Both the position numbers and the translations under genes were made by a program. Under the pieces are notes generated by a model. It was not told the DNA's origin, ran no database searches, and saw only the letters and a program-made list of their open reading frames with translations. DNA of 64,000 nucleotides from Octopus sinensis (Eukaryota): NCBI RefSeq assembly GCF_006345805.1, contig NC_043015.1:22692001-22756000 (forward strand), in the 5' to 3' direction. Of the stretch, positions 14,940 through 27,075 are shown piece after piece (the stretch's first letter is position 1; every line of letters begins with the position of its first letter).

Positions 14940-14985
14940 AAGTAGTAGTAGTATTAATAGTAGAAGCAGCAGCAGCAGTAGTAAC

Positions 14986-15062
<77 letters not shown>

Positions 15063-15097
15063 CAGCAGAAGTAGTAGTAGTAATAGTAGTAGTAGTA
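14940..15097. repeat. (TAG)n/(CAG)n microsatellite
   Basis: Seen directly. Confidence 0.95.
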
Positions 15098-15099
15098 TT

Positions 15100-15720
15100 C
15101 TTTCTTTACTCTATACATTATTTTCCAGACATCGTATCGCTAAATCTGCAGTATTTTCTACGTTTAGTAATTCTCAATCCACCCCCACTTCTCGGTAGAT
15201 AGAGTCGGCCAATATTACTTTTAGAATAGAATGCATTTTGCATCGTTAGAAGCATCCTGTTTCTCCTAACGATGTTCTGCCGCTCGATCTTTACCCATTT
15301 CGGAATGGGATCTCAATACGGGCATTGCCTATGTATTTATGGACTTATGATGTTCCGTCCATTTAATTTGTTTTTAGAAACTACCAAATTATCATTTTTA
15401 CTATTTAGTGACTTTCTCTCTCATTTCCTTTTCCATTATCTTATCGTCTTGGAGAGCTTCTAGGAAGTTGTATTCCTCATTGTTCCATAGCATTCGAATG
15501 TGCAATTAGACTTTATCTTCCGGCCTCTATTCTTAGTGTGTAATTTGCACATATCTATTTCACACTGCATGCCAATATCTAATATCTTTACTGAATATCC
15601 TCAGTTTAGATTAGAGAATCAAGGTATGTCTAATCTTGAGGTTATCCAGTTATTGTAGGTGATCTCTTCTTAATTTTTGTTTGGTAAACTCATAAGCAGA
15701 CCAGTATTTTCTTAGTATAA
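15100..15720 (-). mobile_element. Old degenerate R4-clade RT fragment
   Basis: Broken frames give RIFSKDI, KLNGRNII and RMLLTMQNAFYSKSNIGRLYLPRSGGG, matching motifs in the 12693 ORF. Confidence 0.65.
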
Positions 15721-17793
15721 TTGCGAGAGAGAGTGAATGTCCTTCGGAAATGCCCTCATCATCATCATCATCATCATCATCATCACCATGATCATCATCG
15801 TCGTCGTCGTCCTAGTCGCCCGCGTCGTCTTCATCGTCGTCTTCGTCATTGTTGTTGCTGCTTTTGTCATTGTTTCTTTTTAGGGTTGCCGTATATGCCT
15901 TAGTCAGAAGAGACTGCAAAGTGTTTTCTGGAATGCAAAGTAGCTTCAATGATTTCCACGTTCTTCTTAGATATGATTCACTTATATTTTAATATATGTT
16001 ATTTCAATACTTTTATTATATTTGGGAAAGTATGGATTAATATATTCATTGTTTTTTTTCTGGAATTAATTTTGTTTTCTATTGTCACATTTGATCTAGA
16101 GTGTCTGATTTGCACAGCATTTTATTGAAGTAAAACAAACACTCATATTGATATTTAGGCACGTTATCTCGTGTTTAAGGTCGTTGACAATCCCTGAAGC
16201 CTTCCAATGAATACAAGTCTTAGTGTTTTCCAGAAGTTTATGGTCGCTTATTTTCAGCCATGCTTACAGTGCAGTTATATCGTGTCTTCCTATTTCATCC
16301 AAAGTCTAGTTTCGATGCAGCGTTTGCTTTTGTTTTATATTTTATCCCCGCATTGATTGAATCCCACTGATGGCAGTTTGTAACCTAATGTTATACATTT
16401 TATGCTCATTCCACCTCATATTTCATTTAATTAAGAAGAGCTCATATATCTGAAATCCTTATCAAAAGTGTTATTGCTTACATGATTTTCTGAAGCTTCA
16501 CTTTTCCTTCCAAATGTTTTTTTATACACACACACACACATACAAGCACATGCGCACGCGCATACACACACACACACACACATACACATGCACACGCACA
16601 TATCACAGATCTCCCGTATTTGGGTTCCATATTTTACTCATACGTTGGTCCTTTTCAAATTCACTAAAAGAAAAATACGTATTGTTATTTTTGCCATTTG
16701 TATGCACTTTCTTTTCTTTTTATGAAGAAATGGCTAAAGGTGATTGAATCCCATAGAAATAAGTCAAAACTATCACTGCCAAAGTATTTTGGAAATCATT
16801 TATTCCATCAATATTCAGATCTTTTGTTGCCATAGAGACATACAGAATATTTTGCAGAGCCTTCTAACATTTATCTTCCTTTTTTCCACAGACAGGCTTA
16901 TGTTGACTCATATCGATCGATTCCTGGTTAATTCTTGTTTTTCCTTTTGTTTGTAGTTTCTATTCAATTTTCTCAAGTCAATTCCGGTGGTTCAACTGTA
17001 GTCTGTGATTGTGTTCTGTTGGCTGTTGGGTGGGGAGATAAGTGTACACCCAAGATCACTCTGTCTAAACAATTCTCTCATAGTGGACATCTATATTCTC
17101 CATTTTATTTTTGCTTTGTGTTTCGTTTCTGTCTGATGTAAAACCACGTTTTCTTGGATACATTCTGTAGCAGTTTTACAATTCGAGGATTTCCTTTTTT
17201 TTTTGTATGCTTAGTCGCCCATATTGAGTCGCTATTTTGGTTACTTTTATGGATTCATGATATATATGTGCATCAGGTTCTAAAATTATACTTTTCACTT
17301 GTTTGAGATGGAACAATGTTTATCTGTGCAGTCAGCTGGTTTGTATTTTTCAGCTTCTATTTTTCTATTCTTAGTATTTTTCCTATCCTTTATACTATTT
17401 ATTATTTGAGAATTTGTTATTGCGCTATATAAATCTTCGTACAGTCACAAATTATTATTCTCTCCCCTATGATGTTTGCGTTTGTTGGAAATATTGTTGA
17501 CGAGTAACAGGCATAGAAGATTTCAGCGTCTGGTTCAGCGTTCTATTTTAATTATCAACTTTGGAACCTAAGAATAAAGGGCAGTTATTTGTATTTTCTG
17601 GCGTCTCTGAAACATTTGCAACATTATTATCTCATCATGATCTCAATAAATTTACAGAACGAAATGCAACGCATGTAATGCTGAGTCCCCTTTTGATTGC
17701 ATCATTTTATTTTTCTTTCAAGTGCATAAAATTTATTTTAAGAAGGACCTTTCTTTTAGTTGATATTTAAAAACTGTTACACCTTATTTTGTA

Positions 17794-18194
17794 TAGGCGC
17801 ATGCGTGGCTGTGTAGTAAGATGTTTTCTTCCCTACCACATGGTTCTGGGTTCAGTCCCGCTGCGTGGGAATTTGGGCAAGTGTCTTCTACTACAACCTC
17901 GGGCCGAAAAAATCTTTGTGAGTGGATTTCACAGAGGGAAACTGAAAGAAGCTCGTCGTGTATATATATGTTTGCTTGTTTGTGTGTGTGTGAGTGTGTG
18001 TGTGTATATGTGTGTGCGTGTGTTTGCGTGTGTGTGAATGAATTTGTGTTTGTCCACAATCACCTCTTGTGTGCTGGTGTATTTCCGTCCCCTTAACCTT
18101 GCGGTTCGGCCCAAGATGCGAATAGAATACTATTCGGTGCTCCAGCATAGCCGTAGGAAAATGAGTGAAACATGTAACTGAAGAGTAAAAGAAT
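17794..18194 (+). mobile_element. tRNA-derived SINE with internal (TG)n
   Basis: A-box-like tggctgtgtagtaag, B-box-like ggttcagtcc, CORE-like ttgggcaagtg; tail ggtgctccagcat..aaagaata; homologous to 37344-37732. Confidence 0.85.
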
Positions 18195-18359
18195 ATTCTT
18201 AATACTTATCTTTGCTTTGTTTTCGAAAGCCTTTTAACTTTCATTCTTTCGAATCAATAAAATGAATTAATACTGAAGTATTGAAATCGACAAATCCCCA
18301 ACCATGGAGATTGTTATTGTCTTGCCTCAATCATCATGATAATAATGAAAAATTATAAT

Positions 18360-19003
18360 GAATTTATTGTATACATTGCTCAAGTGCACCACAAGTTGTC
18401 AAAAAATGTGTATAAAGTATATTCAGTAATGTACAAAAGTCTGGAAAGTGAACAATGTATGAGTCAGAAAATGCTTGCTTGTGTATAGAGGGGAGAAAAT
18501 CAGGTGTAGTGTTGGCGTATCTCAGGAAGCATGGACGTTTTGAAGGATACAGTGCTCCGACAACTAACAACTGATGCCGGCAGTCTGTTCCATGCTTCAG
18601 CAACTCTTAGCGTGAAAAATTGTTTCCGAAAGTCTTGGGACCTGTGCTGTTTTCTGACTTTGTAAACATGTCCACGGGTGTTAGACAGGTGGAGTTTGAA
18701 AAGGTGTTCAGAGTTATTGTTTGTAAGATGGTTAATAATTTTATGGGTGTCTGCCAAGTCAGCTGCCAGACGTCGGAGTTTCAATGTGTCCATGCCCAGG
18801 GAAGTAAGGCGTTCAGAATATGGCCAATGCCTGGTGGAGGGTATTCCCTTGTTTGCATGTCGCTGAACGGCTTCTAGACGATTAATATCCTGGGCAAGAT
18901 AGGGGTTCCAGACCGGTGATGCAAATTCCAGGTGAGGTTGTACCATAGTTATATAAAGCCGCAGATAGATAGCCGGGAGAGCGGCTCACAAAGGACTTGT
19001 TGC
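18360..19003 (-). mobile_element. CR1-clade LINE 3' fragment
   Basis: PHLEFASPVWNPY..INRLEAVQR..YSERL..TRGH..FFTLRVAEAWNRLP..SFK, a classic CR1 ORF2 C-terminus (ORF 18500..18946). Confidence 0.9.
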
Positions 19004-19759
19004 ACATCTTCCTCTTTCTCCCTTCCTCCCTTCCCCTCTTCCTTCTCCTCATCATCTTAATCACCACCCTCAACTCTATTAGCTTTCCGGTTTCTAGTAA
19101 TAAGAAACATTTGATCACTTGGGTCGATGTTATCGATTTACTTGCTCCACCTAAAATTGTAGGTCGTGTGCCCAAAGTAGAAATGATTATCATTATCATT
19201 CTTGAGTGAGAGAGCAGCGCATGCCATAACAGTGACACAAGGATACAAATATACGAAGCCCAGTATAGCCATCATGACTACACGTCTGATAAGGGTACAT
19301 CAAGCACATGCATCTCAACCATATGTGCGCGGCTTGATCATTTCATATCAAGTTAAACAGTGCAAGATCTTGCAGGTGTGGCCAAGCAAGAAAATTCTTC
19401 TGGTCGAGTAGCCCATCCTGCTCAAAAGGTTCCCGAATAAGGGTTGCCTAAGTATATTTAATTTAATACCCATGTCACCAGAGGTGAATTATTCAAACCC
19501 CAAAGAATGCTTCTCAACAAATGGCTATGATGCTCCCCACTACTTCTGCTCGGGATCAGAGATGCAAATATCGTCAGCCACTAAGGGAGTACTCAACTGT
19601 TTAAGGTCAAATAACTGACAAGCAAATCTGTGGTATTCAGCAGAATCTTTGCTGTAGACCATATTTTATACCAAAAGAATACATGTCCATGAATACATTT
19701 ACAATCAGTTAAGGTCAGAAGCCATGAGAGCCGGTACTGCAACAGGGCATTTCTGATTT

Positions 19760-19900
19760 CAAATTTCGTCCAGATCCACATTACCTTTCATCCTTTTGGA
19801 GTCGATGAATTAAGTACCAGTTAAACACTGGAGTCGCTATAGTCGACTAGAACCCCCCGCCTAAAATTTCAGGCCTTGTACCTTTTTCTAGAAAGGATTA
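19760..19900 (+). mobile_element. Partial SINE of the 19915/30227 family
   Basis: cctttcatccttttggagtcgatgaattaagtaccag domain. Confidence 0.7.
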
Positions 19901-19914
19901 TTATTGGTATTGTT

Positions 19915-20128
19915 AAGGTGGCGAACTGGCAAAATCGTTAGGAACCTGGACGAAATGCTTAGAAGTATTTGACCTGATTCTACGTTCTACGTTCAAATTC
20001 CGCCGAGGTCCATTTTGCCTTTCATCCTTTCGGGGTCGATAAATTAAGTACCATGGAAACACAGTGGTCTATGTAATCAACTTAACCACTCCCTCAAAAT
20101 TTTAAGCCTTGTCACTATAGTAAAAAAG
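19915..20128 (+). mobile_element. tRNA-derived SINE with a central domain resembling Sauria/MetaSINE-type domains
   Basis: aaggtggcgaactggcaaaatcgttag..gttcaaattcc (B box)..gcctttcatcctttcggggtcgataaattaagtacc; followed by (TTA)n. Confidence 0.8.
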
Positions 20129-20202
<74 letters not shown>

Positions 20203-21063
20203 GGCTGCTGCTGTTGGTTTTATTGTTGTCCTTGTCATTACCTGTACTCCCCAGCCTCCTACTCATCATCATTTTAATCATTATCATCATCCAAATCAGT
20301 TATTAGTCATCTTTCGATCTGTATCATCATTATCAACATTGCTGGTATTCTGTATTGTTCTTTCTATTTTTTTACAACTTTTACTCGCGAAAATTGATTA
20401 TTCTTTTTGTCCTCGTAGATTTAGTCGGTGTATGTCTATGTATGTTAGTTACTTTGAGTCTGTTGCCCTCATCAATGCTAATATTTCAAAAGAAAGATTA
20501 CTCTCAACCGATACTTCCCTTTAGCCAAATCAACCGATAGCTTTGTTGATGAAATTGTCTTCTTATTGCCTCTCAATTTCTTTTCCGGCTTCGGTTGTGT
20601 ATTTATGTTTTTGTTCGTTTCTTTCTCATCCATTTTCTTATTCGATTCTAAACTTGCATTTTCCCCCCTTCTTCTTCGGTTGTCTTGTCATTATGATTAG
20701 CCACTATTCAAACTGATTAGTCATTCATTGGTATTTTATTGGCTCAAACTAACAGTACGAGTTATTTTCATTCTTCGTTCTTCGTTTATCACTTCGCTGC
20801 TTACAAAAATTACCTCTCTCGAAAACGAAACTAAAAACATAGCTAGGCCAAGAAAAAAACATGAAAGAATGTAGAAATAAATATATATAAAAATACTCAG
20901 AAACTCGTTGAAATTCAAAGTTAATCTTTTGCACAAATTTCTAATTTATAAAATCTTTATCATTTTATCATGTTTGTAGACATAAACATACGTAGGCACC
21001 CTCATATATACACACGTTTATGAGTTAATATAAAAATATACATACATGCATACATACGCACAC

Positions 21064-21450
21064 AGTTACGAGATCTAAAGCGACACGCTGGAAATAGACG
21101 CTACATTTCATCAAATTTAATAGATAAATATTAAACAGTGCTGAATTATTTTGGTTATACACACGTGACTGAGACGAACAAGATGTATAAATGTGAACAT
21201 TTGTATATTCTCTGTGGATGCGTTGTGTGTGTATGGTGTGCATAAATGTTTATATACATTTATTTCTGGTTATGTCATACTGACGAAAGGAGAGCGTATT
21301 ACCTCGCTGACCTTGAAATCGTTTTCATATACGGCTGAAATTTTTCAAAATTTTTTCTTTGTTTATTCCCTCGATTCCAGTGCGAGTGTTTATTTGATTA
21401 AGTAGCTTTGCGTCTATTTGCAGCGTGTGGCTTTACTTCCCGTAAGTACC
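21064..21450 (+). mobile_element. Decayed HHR-bearing element with an inverted tail copy
   Basis: CTGACGA aagg..agcg..cgct..cctt GAAA at 21280-21318; 21064-21101 is a diverged inverted repeat of ~21410-21447. Confidence 0.55.
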
Positions 21451-22255
21451 CTATATATAATATTGTACTTATAAAATTATATACTTCGTATTCATTTTTT
21501 ACCTTTATTGGTTTCACAAGCTGGCTATTTTACAAAATCTTATATAGTTTTTATCCTTAAATTGTTATATATATATATATATATAAAGAGAGAAAGAGTG
21601 TGTGAGAGAGAGAGGGGTAGCTAGAAAAGCAGTGACAGAAAAGAAATGAAATTATTATAAATCGATATCCGCCTATCAATACTTATGACAAATTATTGCT
21701 CGAATTAACCTAATTCTCAAATTTTTCTTCCTTGTGCAAATGGAAATGCGGTGTTGAAATTGTCCATCCAAGGTTGCTAGAGACGCCATCTGATTCAATG
21801 GGTTTAGATAGATCACAAATGGAAGATGGACAAGCAAATTAATTGGCGTTACGTAAGTATTCTCAAATGACGTCAAATGATATGCTTGTCCACAGCTGTC
21901 ACTCTCTTTCTCTCTCTGTATGTATGTGTGTGTGTACTTTTACCATTTCTTCTGGCTTCAATTAACGATGTTTTAAGATGCATTTGCTAAAACAATGAAG
22001 CAGTGTTTCTATTACCTTTAAGTCAGTCACAGAGTTTTGTGATAAAAATGAACAAAGTGCGCTGAGGTTTTATGACATATCTAAGCAATATATACATTCG
22101 TGATTTTCTAGTTTCCATACCTGAAATTTAACCTTCATTGTATTCGTTGAAACACTCGAAAGATAATTAAGTACGCATTCTTGCGCAGCCCCCTATCACA
22201 CACACACATGGAGGTATCTATATCTTACCCAGTTTAATTACATGTATGTATATAT

Positions 22256-22287
<32 letters not shown>

Positions 22288-22748
22288 ATTAATCAATATA
22301 GGGTGGCAAAAAATTTTGTAGAATTTTTTTGCCACCAGCGGCCTAGTGGGAAAAAATTAAATAGTCATAGACCATTTTTAAGTTCAACATCACAATCAAG
22401 GAACGGCCATAATAGGCCATTCACCCACTAGAAATAACAGCCAAAAGCTTCAACCGCAAAATAACATCAATTCCGTAAACCAGGAGAAAATTAAAAAACA
22501 TTTACCCTGTAATTGGCTATTTCTAACTGATGAATCTAAGGGCCTATGGTAGATTGGCTTGATTTAATTTAATCAGGTTAGTTTACCATTAAACAGTAGA
22601 TGAAACGGTGCATCGTATAAGAAATTACAGGGTAAATGTTTTTTAATTTTCTCCTGGTTTACGGAATTGATGTTATTTTGCGGTTGAAGCTTTTGGCTGT
22701 TATTTCTAGTGGGTGAATGGCCTATTATGGCCGTTCCTTGATTGTGAT
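22288..22748 (+). mobile_element. (TA)n-inserted non-coding element: 126 bp perfect inverted repeat enclosing a hammerhead ribozyme
   Basis: Arms 22389-22514 and 22623-22748 are exact reverse complements; (TA)n on both sides. Confidence 0.85.
22519..22625 (+). ncRNA. Type I hammerhead ribozyme with extended stem II
   Basis: atttctaa CUGAUGA atcta[..]tagat GAAA cgg tgca tcg UA taagaaat. Inner 19 bp hairpin (22546-22564/22571-22589) pairs fully with five G:U wobbles on the + strand. Predicted cut after 22617 (GUA). Confidence 0.8.
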
Positions 22749-23759
22749 ATATATATATATATATATATATATAAACAGAGGGAGTGGAAGACAGAGAGAC
22801 ATTAAGCACACGCACATGTTCACCCTCATGCACCAACATATGAACACACACGCATACATACAAATACGTATTTATCTATCTATGTATATAACTATCTATA
22901 TATCTATCCATCTCTCTCTCTCACTATATATATATATATATATATATAAATTAACGACTGTGTGGTTTCTTTGTTAAACACGCACAAACACACGCTTTTA
23001 GATTATAAGTAGATAAAGAGTTTAATTTTCTACGTAAACGTTCTATGCGATCGCTTCACATAGCCTAACATAACTTTCTCTATTTATTTTACACGTGAAT
23101 AGATTCTATCGCAGAGTTTACTTCCGAATGAATTAAATATGAAATCCCAAGTATATCTACTCTGTTTCAGATGTACTACATTAAAGTTGCAGTAACCTGG
23201 TTTCTATACTGAGAAATGCATCAATATGAAATTATTCAATGCACTGGAGAAGAATAATGTTTCTCAAAATTATATACTATTTAATTTCATTGCCTTACTG
23301 ATGAATATTATGATCATCTTATTATATTTACTTAAAGATTTTGGTAGGTTTGATGCAGTGGTTCGATCTAATAACACAAGTTTAGTCTCTTACTTAACCT
23401 AATATCAGTTCGAAGTTATATTTCTGCTGATATTTCACTTCAGTATATGCAGTGGTTTTTAGTAAGACTTACATATGATTCTGTTATTGAACATTGCATT
23501 TTAGATCATAACGGTTATCAGTGGGAAATGCTCACAGAAGTCATACCTTGTACAATATCCACTGGCGCATATGTCTCACAGTCATTTGCGATACTGAAAA
23601 TAAATATCTGATACATTTTCCACATGTCTTTCCGGATATGAGCTATTGGTGTTTATAGATCTATAGCATATCAATAATTGATCTCGTTGTACATTTAGCC
23701 ATAATTACGATTTGCTATAATTAAGCCATATGTTCGTCTGATGCGGTTGCTATTATGCT

Positions 23760-24060
23760 AATATCAGTTTGTTTTGGGATTTGGCTTGCAAGATACTTTA
23801 TGTGAGTTCCTGTGTTGAAGCATATTCTGTTGTGTCTGGGGAGAGTTACTCTCTCTTAGTGCCTTAACACTCTCACCGGTAAAATTTCAACTTATTTCCT
23901 ACTGCATTTTTGCAAAATTTTCGTTGCATCTTGCAACATTTTCAATAGTTCAAACTAATGAAAGGTTTACAAGACGCAACGAAAATTTTAGAAAAATAAA
24001 GAAAGAAATGAGTGGAAATTGTACCGGTGCATGTGTTAAATTATAAAGCACTAAAAGAGT
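23760..24060. repeat. Diverged fold-back (~100 bp arms, centre ~23952), probably an inverted Penelope pLTR relic
   Basis: 23850-23950 versus 23954-24060; contains HHR-like ttgaaaa-t-gttgc aagat gcaac-gaaa on the minus strand. Confidence 0.55.
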
Positions 24061-25084
24061 ATAGATAAGTTGCAAACTTGCAGCTGCAGGGCTAATAATG
24101 AACTGGTAGTAGGAAGGTAAATGTGTAAAATAAGATGATGTTAGTGTTATGACATTAAAATGAAAATGGAAACAATTGTGAAAGGCAAGGCGTGAGAAAT
24201 GGTAAGAGCAACGGAGAAAGTGGCTATGAATTGCGTTGGGAATGTTGTGGTTTGTGTGGAAATTAATTTTGGGTGTTCTTTTGTCAATGCATGGCTGTTC
24301 TGTCGTATAGATTGTATAGGGAAAGGGTCAATGTAAGAGCAATTGGATGAATTGCTTAGCTTTGTTTAGTGGTGCTCGTGGGGCAGAAGTTACCTTTGAT
24401 GCTGCATGTGAGTATAAGAATGGTTATAAATAATTTGGCAGGTCTGCAGGCCCGCCTGAAGGAAGAAGCAAAAAACACTGGTTAGTTTTAATGCGTGCTA
24501 GCAGCGCGTGCTAGAAATAACAGTGAAAAATTTCATAATTCCTTAGTGAAACGCGTGCAGTTGCATTTCTGAAAAAGGCTACGTACCGAATTCAACAAAA
24601 TGAATGAATGTGCTTTAGGTGATCAGTATTGCTTTGATAGAGCAATGTTGTGAAAGAGGAGACGAGAGCAATGGTAAGAAGAAAGGAGACAGTGATTATG
24701 AATTGCGTTCCGAATGTTGTTTGTCGTATTGATAAGAAAGTAGACAGCTAGAAGAATGAAGAAAGATATCCGTGGTTCTATAGTGGTGTGGGGTCGTTTG
24801 AACTCTCCATACGCTAGGAAGGTTAGAGGTGCAGTGGATGACAATATATTTCACTTCACAAGTTAGCATGTGGTTCATATATGTTATCATCTTTCATTGT
24901 CCCGTCGCGAGAAGTAAGTTTTATTTGCCTACCGTGGTAATGAAATGAGAATGAAATGTAAGGGGACAAGGTTTTGGAGATTCCGGTTGGAATGCAAGGC
25001 AGGTCTGAAAGGGTTCCCAACTGTTATTAATAGCAGTGGTAGTGTTTGTGAGGAATATATATGTATGCCTATATATACATGTGA

Positions 25085-25358
25085 GGTTAAAGTGAAATTA
25101 TCTCACATTGCAATGGAGAAATGTTATTGCTTCACTTTTGACACGTAATACTGAGATAGTGTAAGAGATAAGAGATTGCTCTAGGCTCGCATTAGGCAAG
25201 AAGTTGAAAGTTGTTTTGGCCTATGACATTACATGGATCCTAAGTAAGGCTTGTGTAAAATTTGAATGAAATCGTTTGAGTAGTTCTAGAGCTTTTGGCA
25301 TTCGCACAGACTGACAGACAAACAGACACACATTCTCAGCTTTATATATATACATAGA
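25085..25358 (-). mobile_element. 5' part of a Helitron-type element (family of 4081-4961)
   Basis: Reverse complement starts TCtatgtatatatataaagctgagaatgtgtgtctg and aligns with 4085-4500. The 3' limit is not resolved. Confidence 0.75.
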
Positions 25359-26230
25359 CTAGCTATAGTTGACCCGCTCTACGCGCGGGTAGGAGTGTGG
25401 TTGTTACTTTCTGTTGCTTCCTTTCTGTTTTTTTATCACCACATTCTCCCTCTTTGTTTCTCTCTCCTTCCTCTCTCACTTTCACACTCTCTTACACTTC
25501 CTTTCTCTCGGACACTCCCTCGCTTTCTCTTACTCTCTATCTTTCTCTATCTATCTATCTATCTCCCGTTCATAACTTGAGTAAGTTGAGAAAGTAAATA
25601 TTTTGAAAGATCAATCATAAATATCAGGCAGTGACAACCGAAAGGTTTGCTTCAAGGCAGACAGCAGAACACTAACATTTAAAAGGGACAGACGAACTTG
25701 CGAGCTGAATAAAAACAAAAAATATTGGAAACGAAAGATTGAAGTGATAGAATGTGAGGATAGTAGAGTCACCATGGCTGGCATTTCTTAACGACGGGCA
25801 GCAACGTAGTGGCAGTTTAACGGCAGGTGCAAAATTTTGAACTTGATGTAAAAGAAAATTCCTGAACACCAAGTTTTGAAGTTATTCTTTCTAACGACAG
25901 TAGACTCACAATGGCAGGCATTCATTCATGATGAAAGGCAACGCATTGACGATTTAAAGGCTGCCGCAAATTTTTTAGCTTGATGTAACAGAGAATTCGT
26001 AAACACCCGCTCCTGTAAATTTTAATCCCCTTCAAACCCCATTTAGACCACTTTTCACATTTTGGTTAATATAACCCGATTTCATTCGGGTCTACTCGGG
26101 CCAAATTTTATAAGATGAGGAATTTTGTCACGCCTTTCATTTGAGGAAAAAAATACTTGCCATGCAAATTCTCCAGCACTTTTAACATAGGTATACATAT
26201 TTTCAGCTCAACCGACCACATTATACACAC

Positions 26231-26311
<81 letters not shown>

Positions 26312-26411
26312 TATATATATATAAACGCATTAAATATATATATGTATATATATACGCATTATATATATATATATATGTATGCGTGTACGCATTATATATA
26401 CAAACGTACAC

Positions 26412-26466
<55 letters not shown>

Positions 26467-27075
26467 TATATATACATACATATATATATATTATATATAT
26501 ATATATAAATACAGATATATACTCTTTGTATATATACATTATATATACATATTTATATATAGATTTACACGCAAACTCACACGCATACACATATATAAAT
26601 TAACCCAATAAATATCTGATTTATGATATCTGTTCTCATGATTGTGTGGTTGTAGTGGTGATAATAATTCTCTCTATGAATGCAGATAGACGTAGAGAGA
26701 GAGAGAGGATGTGGGAGAAAGACTAACAGAGCTGGCGAAGGAGCCGGGAAAAAGATAGTAGAAGCCGTCAAACGTCGTTATAGAGGGAAAGTGAAGGGAA
26801 GGGAGCAAAAGGAGAAAAAGAGACGGAGGAAGACAGGTAGATAAGCGACAGAGGGAAATGACATACACTTGTCAAAGTGTGGGGTTTTTTGCCCTAGTTA
26901 CCACAGCTTTTGAGATAACGATTTCTAACCTAGCCCATTCACAATCCCGCCTCTTTTTACATGTGCCTGTAAATTTTGGAGCGAATCCGACGGGATCTAG
27001 CGTCCTTTAACCCGTTCCAATGCCAAAACCAGACAAACAAACAAACTTTTCGCATTTCAGATTTATAGATATTGA
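25359..27075 (-). mobile_element. Non-autonomous Helitron-type element, second family, with internal microsatellites
   Basis: 5' A|TCaatatctataaa..(gttt)n at 27075; 3' hairpin acccgc/gcgggt (25372-25390) 9 nt before the terminal CTAG (25359-25362). Confidence 0.7.

Noticed and set aside
15721-15903. His/Arg/Cys-rich ORF
   Set aside because: Compound (CAT)n/(CGT)n/(TGT)n microsatellite.
19205-19750. GC-balanced segment that looks like an interspersed repeat
   Set aside because: No second copy or diagnostic motif in the window; cannot classify.
20250-20720. Possible extra R4 relic on the minus strand
   Set aside because: Motifs too eroded to support.
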